Assembly: GCA_964188305.1 (NCBI GenBank)
Contig: OZ076894.1
Direction: 5' to 3' (one strand)
Length of the DNA stretch: 64,000 nucleotides
DNA from: Podarcis bocagei
Taxonomy: Eukaryota
Numbering within the stretch: position 1 is the stretch's first letter; each line of letters begins with the position of its first letter. This document shows positions 1-12,180 of the stretch, piece by piece. Made by a program: the position numbers and the translations under genes. Under the pieces are notes generated by a model. That model was given only the letters and a program-made list of their open reading frames with translations. It did not search any database and was not told the DNA's origin.

Positions 1-2112
1 CTATGAAATGCATGAAACAAGAACCACTGAAGCAAAAATGGGTACCCAACAAGCCCACTGTGAGGATCAGTAGTGCAGCGGGTAGGGTGTCAAAGCAGGT
101 TCAGAACTCACTGACTGACCTTGATCCAGGCATGATCTCCCAGCCTAACTTACCTCACAAGGTTGTATCTTACCCTTCAAGTGCCCCAATTTACCCACGA
201 CATCCCAGAATTACAGAAGCCATCCTGGCTTTTGATTTGGTCCCAGAATGTCCCATTTCCCCCCTCCAGCCCCTCCGCTGCTGAGCTCAGGGAGAAGGAT
301 GAGCTGGCACTTGCAGAGGTGCCGCTCTCTCAAGTGAGTCAGCTGACTCCCACAAGAGCGCGGCACCAAAAGACGTCCATCCCAATTTTCACCAGTCTTC
401 TGTGTTAATGTGCGTATACATAAAATAGATTCCATATTGGTCCTGCTTTGAGAACAGTTTCAGAGGTTTCTATCTAGAACATATAGCATCCTCATTTGAG
501 CTGCTTTGCATCTTACCAAAATCCCTTGCCACACTAATTGGGAACCTAGATATAAAATCTTGTATAGGCACGCCAATTATATATATATGCGTTTGGAGTA
601 CCACATCTATCTTGCTTGTCTAGTCTAGCCTAACTAGCTAACAAGTTCCACCTGCCCAGTAATTATTACTATTTGTATATTATGGTTTCCCAATTAGAAG
701 ATTTCTCAGGAAGGTTTTTTTTTCAAAAAAGAGGTCAACACCTTAAAAGATTTAATATATCTTTTCATCCAAATGTGTTAAAATTGGATGGCAGAATATT
801 ACCACTCGCATCTTCCCTTGTGCCATATGTAGCTGTGTGTAAGCATGTGATGCTGCTATTATATTGAAATTATTCCCTCTCTCCAGTGCTTCATTTATGC
901 AGAAGCTAAGGAAACTGCAGTTTAGGGCCTCAGATTATGAATTTCAAAAAAATAAAAAAGTACTACATTTTTTACTACATTTCAAGTTTATATATTTGGT
1001 TAAAAAATAAAGGAAACTAGGAAGACAGGAAACAGTTGAAAATAAAGAAAATAGGCATTATCATTCTGATATGACAATAATATAGTTAATGAACCTGAGA
1101 AAAGGTTTGACCTAATCATTCATCAGTCTTATGAGTAGTTGACCAGTTGACACATGCATGCGCATGGATGTCTTTGTTTCAAATGTACATACTTCAGCTT
1201 AATGGCAAAGTGAATGTGGCCTCAGTTTTCCTTTTGAAGTGAAGCTGGTTTGAGGGAAATTACACTAAGCAATAGTATTTCTCAAGAAACAACAGGCTGG
1301 CTCTACGTCGTGCATGATAACATGTGTACACTGATTCAAAAGCCAGTGGTGAAAGCGCAGTAAATGGTCATGTTTACACAGCCTAAGTTTGCTTAGTTAT
1401 TGATGAGCACGACTAATTTAGGTCTACTAATTTCAGTGAGTCTACTCTGCGTGAAATTTAGTTGAATACTACTCTCAGTGTATAACTGCTCTTGAGTTGC
1501 TGTACATTAAAATTGTTCATGTATTCTAAGTAGGAAGTCATAAGTTATTTTCATTTAAAGGTATTTTATAGTATACAAATATGCTTATTGCAATTTATAC
1601 ATTTTATTTTTTTAGTTTTTAGTTGCATCCTCACCTATTTACTAGTATGTATGCAAATATAAAAGTTTACTATTACTATTTTCAGTTCTGTTAGAATAAT
1701 ACACTTTTCTTTGGCAATGCTACAGGGCATTAATAACATAGGTCGTAATCTGGTCCTGCCTCTTTCAGAAAAAAGGTGTTTTGATATTTAAACTGTGGGC
1801 TGTTAGAAGGCTTTACCCCTGTTTTTGGATATTCCCAATTGCTATCACAGATTCATATGTAATTAAGCTGGCTGCATGATATGTAATTTACATATAAATC
1901 ACATTTAGTGGGCAATTGCACGTGCAGCTTGTAAATGTGTGGGCTGTATTCATAAGACATCATCAAAACCGCTTTGAGGTTTTATTACATTCAAGGACTG
2001 TAGGTCAAGAGGAGTCAGTGCAGCACCCTCAGCACAAGGGGAATCCAAGTGTCCACAGGATGTAATATGTTCAACAAATTCTTCTGGTGGTGATGAACAG
2101 GGAAACTATATA

Positions 2113-2364
2113 CAGTGGTACCTTAGTTTAAGAACAACTTAGTTTTTGAACAACTTGGATTAAGAATGCTACAAACCCGGAAGTAGGTGTTTTGGTTTGT
2201 GAACTTTGCCTTGGAATAAGAACATGTTTCACTTCCTGTTTAGTGTGTTCCATTTGCAAATTGAGTCCCCCACTGCTATGGGAAAGCAAGCCTTGGTTCA
2301 CGCACGCTTTGGTTTAAGAATGGACTTCTGGAACAGATTAAGTTTGTAAACCAAGGTACCACTG
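2113..2364. mobile_element. Tc1/mariner-type MITE (CAGTGGTACC TIR), subfamily A
   Basis: TA|CAGTGGTACCTT...AAGGTACCACTG|TA: terminal inverted repeats with a TA duplication. Confidence 0.85.
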
Positions 2365-3290
2365 TACTAATGCCCACAGTATAAATACTCTGAAACAAAC
2401 AAATAAAATATATGAAACATGGTAGCCAGAAGGTTGATTTCCTCCCCACACCCTGATGGAAAGCATAATTTGTCTTCTGGACAAATATTATGTGCTTGTC
2501 TTTCAGGCTTGGGACACTGTCTAGAGTCTTGAGTCCAAAGACAAATTCTCACATACTGTTGAGGTTAATGAAACTTAGGTACAACCAACTTTATTTAGAA
2601 TGGAGTTTGTCATCTAGAGAGGACTTAAGTCCTAGATTCTCTTTTTGTAAAAAGTTAACACCACCTTAAAGATGAAATGGCAAATACCATAATACTGTAA
2701 GTAAACCAATAAAAAGAACCCCACTTATTTTTTTATTTTTTAATAAGCTTCTCAAAGGTAGGATTACCAGTTTCTGGTAGCTGAGGCTGATTTGGAAATG
2801 TCCTAGCAGATGCTGTGGAATATCTTACAGAAAGGGTGGCTTTGTACTTCCTATTGTGGGTTGTTGGTTGCAATTTAGCTGCAGAGTTGCATCATAGCTA
2901 ACATAACACCACAGCTTAACAATCAATTTAATTGTACATTCTGTTCCATTAGATTGTACATGGATAAAGTTTTTTTGCTCAGAGCATTCCCATCACTTCC
3001 CACGTATGTTTGGAAGAGACTGGAAAAAATCCAAGTCATGATTTCCATGTCATTCATGTTCTTCCTCAATGCTTCATCCTTTTGGTAAAGAGTCCCTTAA
3101 ACTTTTCCACTTGTGCACGTATTCCAACACCAGAAATAGCACCAAAGCGTATGATCAAATTTGTTTTAGGGTTGGCCATTTTTACCACCTAAAGCTTCAT
3201 ACCTTTTGCATTTTACTACAAATGCAGGGCCACATGCAAAGTGATAGTGCCTTTGGGTCCCCTTATATGTGGCTGCATGCAAATGGTATA

Positions 3291-3516
3291 TAGTGGTACC
3301 TCAGGTTCAGTACTTAATTCGTTCCGGAGCTCCGTTCTTAACCTGAAACTGTTCTTACCCTGAAGCACCACTTTAGCTAATGGGGCCTCCTGCTTCCGCC
3401 GCGCCGCCGGAGCACAATTTCTGTTCTCATCCTGAAGCAAAGTTCTTAACCTGAAGCACTATTTCTGGGTTAGCGGAGTCTGTAACCTGAAGTGTATGTA
3501 ACCTGAGGTACCACTG
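3291..3516. mobile_element. Tc1/mariner-type MITE, subfamily B
   Basis: TA|TAGTGGTACCTCAGGTT...AACCTGAGGTACCACTG|TA, with internal TAACCTGAAG repeats. Confidence 0.85.
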
Positions 3517-5756
3517 TAGTGCTGGCACTGGTACTTTTAAGACAGTGGCTCCTGTGAAGCTCAGCTTATCCATTATTAATCACAAAGGTCAAGAAGTGTG
3601 AAAGCTGAGGTTCAATAAGACTTCTTCCAGCAAGAATGGTAGTAGAGGAAGAAAAATTGATACAGTTGGAGGATCAAACTCTGTAAGAAATTAGTGTGAT
3701 GCATTTGCTCACAACCCTTTCCCTCCCATCATAATCCGGCATGCATAGTTCCCCACTCTGTTTTCTATTGCATTGTTAGATCTCTCTGACCCTTCCAAAG
3801 CAGCAGCATATCTGCTTAGTAGTCTGCTTGATTATTATGTAGGCACAATATCTGCCTTTTCTTGAACGATTAGCACCAGCAGTCCTAGGACCACAAGTCT
3901 GTACCTCTTTCATATGGTAATGAATCCTTCATTTCCCATTTAGGATTATAGCACTAAGGAAAGCCCATCATTTCTCTGTCTCCCTTGAAACACTCCATTG
4001 CATGCCTGCACACACATGAGTAAAGCTTGCTAAATTTGCTGGACTGTTACACTTTTATATGCCAAAGATCAATTATTTTGCAGGGAACTGTTTGTTCTTC
4101 TTTATGGATTAGCTGCTTTAGGAATTGTTCCTGCTAACCTTTCAGCTAGCAACCATGACTTCCTTGCTTCAGAAGCAGACTGGAAAGCAGAATTACATAT
4201 TACATCAATGCAAATGTTAAAGGAACACTTTAAACCAGGGCAATAGTCATTCCTACCTTTGAGGTTATATGACTCACAGAGTTCACAAACAAAGACTTAT
4301 TTGTGATTGCATCAAAGATAAAACTTTTTGTAGATGATGCAACACAAGACGCAGGAAATCATGTGATCGTAATTCATGTCTGGCTTGAGCTAATTTCTAG
4401 ATACCGTACAAGAAAACCAAACTTAGTCTCACCTCCTACTTCTAGGCTAAGTATAGGTAACAACTTCACTGCATTCTAAGGCAGTAATGCGAACCTGCCC
4501 AAGTACTCTCTCTATACAAACACACACACTTTTACTTTCTCCACAGTTAAGACATGCACTTTTAAAAACTGCTTCTTCCCAAGGGGGGGGCAAGAATCTA
4601 AGATTTGTATCGATTTGTATTTTTTTCTTGATTGGGGGCAGCTGCCCACGCTATGAAGTACATCAAATTGGGGTGACCCCCCAAGATCATCGTTTTGGGT
4701 GTGCCATGGCCCCTTCTGGGTTGTCTGGACAGATGCAACCCCTGGATCCCTTAAACGGGATACCCTGATTCTTTGGAGTGGGGGCCCCCAACCCCCCATC
4801 CACTTACTGTAGACTGAGGATGCAGCCCAATGCCTTGCCTACCGGTGCCAAACCACTTACATCTGCAACCAATCCTTAAGGCCATTCCAAATGTTCAGGA
4901 ACCAAATGTCATTGCCCACCGTTGAGAAATGCACCGTACAGGTTCCTGTTATCAAATGTGATGCCTGGGTGCTGAGTCTCCCTGCCCTCAAGTCATAGTA
5001 CCGTGGTAGCATAGCTGTGTTCATTTTCTTTTGTGTGCTCCGTGGCCCCTCTTCAATTCTGCCTTTCTAGCAGCTCAGACCACAGGATTGCTATTAGGCT
5101 TGGGGCAAATATGCTTGAGAGAGCACAAGGATCCCGCTTCCACTGCATTCACGAATGCTGTCTCCACTCTGATAGTACTTACAAGAAGAGACTATAATTC
5201 CCAACAGCCACTGGTGTGAGAACAACAACAACCTAGTCTTTTCATTACTGAAGGATCGGGGGGGGGGGAGTATTAATTCCAGGAAGAAAATTAATGTTAA
5301 AATCATGGATTTATAGGCGCATAGACACAACTTGCTGGAACTGACTGTGTTGCTAGGCAACATGGGGCAACCAAAGAGGCCAACATGTGCTCTTGAATGT
5401 GAATGTACATGCTCTTTATGCAAAATGTTGATTGGGTCCAAACAAAAATACAATTGAATTAGGTCCAAACCAAAAATAGTAAAGAATGCATACTATCTAT
5501 GTTGCCATATGATAGCTGGGGTGGGGGGAAAAAAAGTATTTGGAAAGAAACAAAAACTGCCACATTATCTTTGCTCTGTTTCCTCCCCGCTCTGTATTTT
5601 GAAAACAGGCATTTGCTTCTCATTAGGAGTCTCTTTAAATATTTGGGTGTGTGCTGATATAGTAAGTTGCTTACTAGAAATCGCTTAGGACTCCTGCCTT
5701 TGTTGAATGGGACTCATGTGAGTTGTTCAACATCCTGCTACCGTGACGGGGAAAAG

Positions 5757-5767
5757 TGCTGAGTAAT
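5757..5767 (-). promoter_or_regulatory. ARE/EpRE-like element (NRF2-sMAF)
   Basis: TGCTGAGTAAT (reverse complement ATTACTCAGCA), one mismatch from RTGACnnnGCA, just upstream of the AARE pair. Confidence 0.6.
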
Positions 5768-5794
5768 GCCAGAAGCAGAGCCCTCTCCTATGGC

Positions 5795-5821
5795 TGATGC
5801 AAACCTGGAGAATTTGCATCA
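5795..5821. promoter_or_regulatory. Paired inverted amino-acid response elements (AARE/CARE, ATF4-C/EBP)
   Basis: TGATGCAAA at 5795-5803 and TTTGCATCA at 5813-5821, 9 bp apart. This is the arrangement known from mammalian xCT promoters. Confidence 0.9.
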
Positions 5822-5859
5822 TCATCACTCAGCAAGAGTAACTTGGTATGACAGGAGCT

Positions 5860-5865
5860 TATATA
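5860..5865 (+). promoter_or_regulatory. TATA-like box; TSS probably near 5890
   Basis: TATATA about 40 bp downstream of the AAREs. No ATG occurs from 5876 to 6155, consistent with a 5' UTR of about 270 nt. Confidence 0.6.
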
Positions 5866-6155
5866 CAAGACCATGCGGAAGCTGAGCTGGCTTCCAGTGA
5901 AAGAACAGCACCAAGGTAGTAGCTGTGTGTGAAAGGGCAGGTGTTCCTGTAGCACTCAGATAGCAGGGAAAAGTAAAAGACACCTGAAGAATTTTATACC
6001 TGTTGGCACAGGTGGGTTGAAAGGCTACAGGCAGTGAATCTCTCTCTCTGTGTGTAGAAGCAATTAGCTAGACAAAGGCAGAGAGAGGAACGAAAGTGCC
6101 TGCTGGAGAGTTTTACAAAACATTCATTCTTGGAGAGTGCTGGTAGCACTGAAGC

Positions 6156-6432
6156 ATGTTTAGGAAGCCTCCCGGACCGGTAGTCTGTAATGGCAGCTAC
6201 CTGCAGGAGCAATCTAACGGCAAGTTGCCCTCCAAGTGCAAGACCAAGGCAGCCGAGGGAGACAAAGTGGTTTTGAAGAAGAAAGTAACTTTACTGAGAG
6301 GGATTTCTATTATAATTGGCACTATCATTGGAGCAGGAATCTTCATCTCTCCCAAAGGAATCCTCCAGAACACAGGCAGCGTGGGAATGTCCTTGATTGT
6401 CTGGACTTTCTGTGGCATCCTTTCACTCTTTG
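6156..6432 (+). CDS. SLC7A11: xCT coding exon 1 (MFRKPP...LSLF-G), 277 nt
   Basis: ATG at 6156; TM1 motif [16 protein letters not shown]; donor G|gtaagt at 6433. Confidence 0.97.
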
Positions 6433-6946
6433 GTAAGTTTGTGAAAGTTTATAATTGATCCTTGGGGGGCGGCAGGTGGATTTAAAAAATCACAAAACAG
6501 ACAAAAGTTTGATACTGGAGATCAAAAGCCTGATTTGAGACCCAGAACTAACACTGCTTCGGTATTTGGGGGGTTATTTTGCCACTTGGCAACCACTGTA
6601 AGTTGCAAAGATTGCCATGCGAAACTCGGTACAGCAGGACTTTAAGACCAAAATTGTATTTCTTACAACTCCCTGAAGGAATTGCAGAGAGAAGTCTCCT
6701 TTATCACATCATAAAGTTTGCTGTTTGTGTTGGTTTTCAGTTTAAGCTCAGAAGAACAGGTAGCAGCACACTCATAGAGGGGCTGGCAGCTGGGAGAGGT
6801 GAACCACTTGGTCGGAAGAACACCTGCGAAATGTACACCTAGATTGACCTAGTTCCCCATTGGTTAGATTCTACTTTTGCATGAACTAAACTTCTTTTGA
6901 ACTCTCTGGTGGCAGGAAGAGGGAATAAAACAGGAGCACTCTAACT

Positions 6947-7114
6947 CAGTGATTCCTAATTAGCTAAGTACTGTGGACCCCCTGTTTTTCAAAAGCCAAG
7001 CCATGGACCCCCTACTTTTGAAAATTTTGATATCTCTATGGTGTTTTTTTGTTCTGTCAAAATGCCATGGACCCCCTTGGGTCAGTTGTGCAGACTACCA
7101 ATTGGGAACCACTG
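6947..7114. mobile_element. Non-autonomous hAT element
   Basis: TIRs CAGTGATTCCTAATT / AATTGGGAACCACTG; perfect 8-bp TSD CTCTAACT. Confidence 0.85.
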
Positions 7115-8658
7115 CTCTAACTAATTTGTTTTTTTCTTTAAAAAATATTAAATCAAAATCTCATTTGAATGATGACTTGGAACCCCTCACTTCTAACCCT
7201 TAATCTTAAAGCCAGACATTCTGCTAATGTTTAGAAAAGCTATTATCTTGATAATGGCATCTTTGAGCATGGATATTAAAATTGAAATTCTATACTTATT
7301 TACCAAGGATCTTGCTGGAGCTTACTTTGAAGTAGACATATATAGGATTGCAGAGTGAAAATATATTCTGGAGCTCTCCGTTTAAGACTAAATGGCCAAT
7401 GTATATACCAGGTTTTTAAAACTTTTTTTTAAAAAAATGATATTCCAATTTTTAAAAAGACTTTATAACATTTATCATCTATATAGATGAAGAAATAGCC
7501 TGGTCATATCCAGAACCTCTAAATCTATCAAAGAATGGGCCTCTTGATTGCCTTAATAAGTTAATCTCAAAGAAGCTGCAGTCCCGCATGACCTTAGGTA
7601 TTACTATTAGCCTAGACGACTTATTTTCTGGTATTAGGAGCAGTGGGCAAATGAGAGGGGAGTAAAAAAATCTCTGCTCAAGAAGTGGAATATGTGAATG
7701 TTGCCCTGTGTCAACTTACTGTGCACTTGAAAGATCAGAGACAAGGCTTTATCCACCCTTGCAAAACATTTTGATCAGAATCAGAACGTATAGCTGTTGG
7801 GCCAACAATAATCTACAGGGCCAGCATAAGGGCCAACCTCAAAATAATTTCATTTTAATCAGTACAGGAGATGGATTTTGTTTCTATTTATGCTACGTTC
7901 TAATTGAGCACCAGTGTCCAGGAGTGATGTGATTGGAACAGATGAAATCAAATGCATTCTTCTTGCATTTGTAATGCATAAATTTACATTTTTGTGCTAA
8001 ATTCTCTTAAAAGTATTTGGCCAGTAAAGGTCCTCTTAGTGTTCTCTGCACAGCTTTGACAACAATTTGATAGACACTGCCTTCACACTGTTTCATCTTC
8101 CACTCTTCTTCCTCATGGATTATGCAATAAGAGATCCAGTTACAGAATTCTTAAATAAAAAAAACAAAGCACAGGTAGCTGTGTAACCCTTAAATGCAAT
8201 TCTTTGAAGTTAATTTTAGAGGAGAACTTTCAGATAGCACTGACTTTTTCGTCAGAAAAGGAGCTTAAGTTGATTGGCATATGTTAAATAATTCCACTAT
8301 CTGTATATACAAAATTGGTCTGCTAACCGTTATGTAGATTGAAGTGAAAAGAAGTAAAATTTGAGATGCAAGTGACTTTATCAGGTCTATTGAAATGCTC
8401 TGGTGGCCCTTAGATGTGATGCTTTAATAAATACATTTAAATGTAAAAAAAGAGAGACTGAAATGCTCAAAAGTAGCCATCAGAATATTCAGTGAAATTA
8501 TGAAATAATGTTAATGCAACCCACTGATAAAAATCTCCAGTAAAAGGAAAGATGATTCCCTGTGACAATTTTACAGCTGATTTATATTGATTATGGATTG
8601 CATGGGTTATGGATGGAACTCTATTCAAAAAAATAATAACACCCAAATTAATATAATA

Positions 8659-8889
8659 CAGTGGTACCTCGGGTTACATACGCTTCAGGTTACATATGCT
8701 TCAGGTTATAGACTCCGCTAATCCAGAAATAGTACCTTGGGTTAAGAACTTTGCTTCAGGATGAGAACAGAAATCCCGCGGTGGCAGTGGGAGGCCCCAT
8801 TAGCTAAAGTGGTGCTTCAGGGTAAGAACAGTTTCAGGTTAAGAACGGACCTCCGGAACAAATTAAGTACTTAACCCGAGGTACCACTG
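8659..8889. mobile_element. Tc1/mariner-type MITE, subfamily B (inverted relative to the other copies)
   Basis: TA|CAGTGGTACCTCGGGTTA...TAACCCGAGGTACCACTG|TA. Confidence 0.9.
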
Positions 8890-9545
8890 TATTGTTGACT
8901 GTATTTTGTCTCCTAATCACAAGTCTTCCCTTTTTCAAGACAATTTGAATAATGGCCAACTGTCTGCAGAGGCTCAGGGCACCCAGAGTTAATTGTATGA
9001 AGTAACACAACCAACTGCAGGACTAGCAGTCCTGGTTGGAAAGGGATGTTTGCACATAGTTGCTGATTGTGATTCAAAATAAACTGAGCAATCCTAACCC
9101 CACTTATCTGGAAGTAAGCCCTGTTGAATTCAACAGGTCTTATTTCAGAGTAGACTTTGTTAGAATTGTGCTGTTTAGTCATACCCAGAGAAGTCCCATT
9201 GAAATGAAAAAAATTCATAGAATTGGAAGAGGATCCGTGGATCATCTAGTCCAACCAATGGACTTAAGTCCATGAATCTCAGTGTGCCTAAGTTGGATGC
9301 CACCTATTGTCAGAAGATACCGGTAAGTCAATAAATAAGTTGTTGTTGTTGTTTTTTAAAAAAATCTCCTGAAGCATTTGCATGAATAGGCCTTGTGTAG
9401 TTTTCATGGGGTGTGGAGCTTGAATGTAAGCAAATGCCATTGGGCTACATGTATGCTAATAAAATGTATGAGGCTGACTATTCATTATAGATAAGCATGG
9501 CTATCTTTCAGAAATGATGCCTTAATATTAATTATAATTTTGTAG

Positions 9546-9672
9546 GTGCGCTCTGTTATGCTGAACTGGGCACAAGCATAAAGAAATCTGGTGGGCATTA
9601 TACATACATTCTGGAAGCCTTTGGCCCTCTACCTGCTTTTGTAAGAGTGTGGGTGGAACTGCTCATTATACG
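9546..9672 (+). CDS. SLC7A11: xCT exon 2 ([42 protein letters not shown]), 127 nt
   Basis: Acceptor ttttgtag; donor CG|gtaagt; typical SLC7 YAELG and SGG.Y.Y motifs. Confidence 0.97.
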
Positions 9673-11657
9673 GTAAGTCAATTCTATCTGCATCTTTTGT
9701 TTTGTTGTCTTGTACTCCCAGTATGCTTTTGAAAGTCAAAAATCAATTAAAAATATGGTGTGCGTGGACATAGCCTAGCTGTGTTTTGTCCCTTAGTTTG
9801 TGCTTCCTGTTCTTGCTTCCCAAGAATTTCCTTTGTGACATAGTTGGACCGCTAATTGTTAATTTGTAAAAATTAAGAAACTCTAAAAAGCAATATTTTT
9901 AAAAATAAAAAATGCTTAATTTTGTTTGCTCTAAAAAGCTGAAGCAGAACATTAATAATACCCAGACCTCATGTTGCATCATAATGTTGGTTTAAAACTA
10001 TCCAAGCCTTGTAATTTCCCCCCAATAAATCACAGTGTCTGCTGGCTTTTATGAAACTTACTTGCAGGTTGTAATCATCATTTTCTGGCAACTCCCCTGG
10101 TGCATCCATGAGACATGCACACCTGTGCTTGATTCAGATTTGGTCAGATGGAGCTATACAATATGAAAGAACCCTCCCATGTGTCTATTGCACATGGAAT
10201 TGTATGCATGCAGAGTCTAGCATTGTGGCAAATATGGCTAGGGCTAACATTTCAATATGCGTCGTGCCTCCATTCTACTTCAATATAGTATTGACTATGT
10301 AGTAATATTTCTAAACCCTGCCTTGGAGTCTTTGGTAGAAAAGAAGCTGTAAATCAATGCCCTGCTTTCTCTTATAAAAGGGAGCCCCACTGGAAATTCC
10401 AGTGGGTTGGGCATGGCAGGTTGTGGGAACTCTGTGGGTGGGCACAGTGTTTTAGACCACAATATACACCAAATGGTGACAAGGAAGAGGGTGACTGATG
10501 GGTGTTCAGGAGCAAGATCTGAAGTGGTCCTGAACAAATGTAAAGCTTCACTTGTAGGTGTCTTTTAGTAAAATGTGAAAATCTATGTTAGACTGAAATT
10601 GTGTTCTGTTGCCCCAGGGTGATCTGAGAATATTGCACTTCCTCTAACACTTTATTCCCTGTGTGAAAAAGAAGTAGAGCTGGCTAAACTGGTTTCAACC
10701 TACAAGTTCTCCCGCCCCCTAGTCCAAGAGATTCCATTTTTATAGTCTTAGTGGCCCATTTACAACATTGTTAACCTACAATTTACACTGCCAGTTGGCT
10801 TAGTAAATAAGCACAATGCCTCGTTATGTTATGTGAATTGCTCAGTGTTTACTATGCTGTTTAAAATAGCTCTCATATCACAACAAATACAGTTTGAGCA
10901 CCTGTGGGAGCTAACAGGTTTATCTGTAGGCAGTTTAGCTTGTGGATGTAGTTACTCTAATTCTGCATCTGAGGAGCTTGTGTTACTAAAGATAATCCAT
11001 ACAAGTGAAACAAATATGCGTTCTCATTTCCTCTCCCTCTCCCGCCCCATGTCCCATGTATTTACGTAGCTTATTTTAGTTGTTCTTATTGCTTCATACG
11101 CCCACGTAACAAGCTGTAGCAATAAAGGATTTGGTTAACAACAATTGTGCTCAGTCACTCTGAATGGGATATATATTTGAGGTGCGTCACTCTCCTGGGA
11201 ACACACTGAATTGATTAGCAAGTGTTAATCCACACCCAACACAAAACAAATAAAGGCAAGATCCTTTCAAGCCACAATATGGCATGCATCCTGGGATACA
11301 TGCTTGTCCAGATCTGCAGTTATCAAGAGTGCCTCCCCTGCCAAAATAATGCTTTAAGTTTCTGCTATAAATTGATTGGCGTTGTGTCAATAAATTTGGC
11401 ATCTATTTATTTTTTTAAAGGATGAGTCAAGTACTTTAGCATAGTATGCAATGTATATAAGAGAGCCCCAATCCTGGCTTTGTTTTTATAAAGAAAAGCA
11501 GTTTTGTGAGCCTGGAATTTGGAGCAAAGAAGTGGGCAGGGACTGAGGTGCTTAACTCTTTCTCCGCTTCTACATTCAAGATAGCCTTAATGGGGAATCA
11601 TTTTCAGCCTGAATGCAACTCTCCAGGTGTCATTTTGACCCTGAGGACCCTGCCCAG

Positions 11658-12180
11658 CAGAGCCGTCTTTCCCATTGGTGTTAGTGGTTCGTTGCCCTAG
11701 GGCGTGGGCCTCTCAGGGGTGTCCTAGCGAGTGAGGGAGCTGCACGGCTTTGCTGGCAGCCTCCCCTTTACCTGCATGCCCACCAGCTGCGCCCCACCAA
11801 CTATATGGCTGGCGGACGAGCAGGTTCCTTCCCAAGCCTCCACAGGAGGAGAGTGATGCCCACAGAGGCTGTGCGCAGCTTCCCTCCCAAGCCTCTGCGT
11901 CTGCTAAAGGCGACTCTGCTCCCGGTCGTTGTCCTCCTCCTGCTTCCTGGCGAAAGGCGGTGCACACCCTTCCCGGGCTGCCTTCCCAGGCGCCCCAATG
12001 CCAGAGAGCATGTCCGCCAGCACATTTTCCTGCATGATCGCCACCACCACGCTGGGGATCGGGGCGGTGGGGGAGGCAGAGGACATTTTCTACCACCCCC
12101 TCCCTTGTTTTGGAGTTGCCGGGGGGGGGCACCAGAGGGATCTTGGCACCATGGCACCAGATATGCTTAAGACAGCCCCG
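11658..12180. mobile_element. GC-rich non-autonomous hAT element
   Basis: Ends CAGAGCCGTCTT / AAGACAGCCCCG; perfect 8-bp TSD CTGCCCAG at 11650-11657 and 12181-12188. Confidence 0.8.

Noticed and set aside
5873-6155. uORF-based translational control
   Set aside because: The only nearby upstream ATG (5873) lies just after the TATA-like box, before the likely TSS; the leader itself has no ATG.
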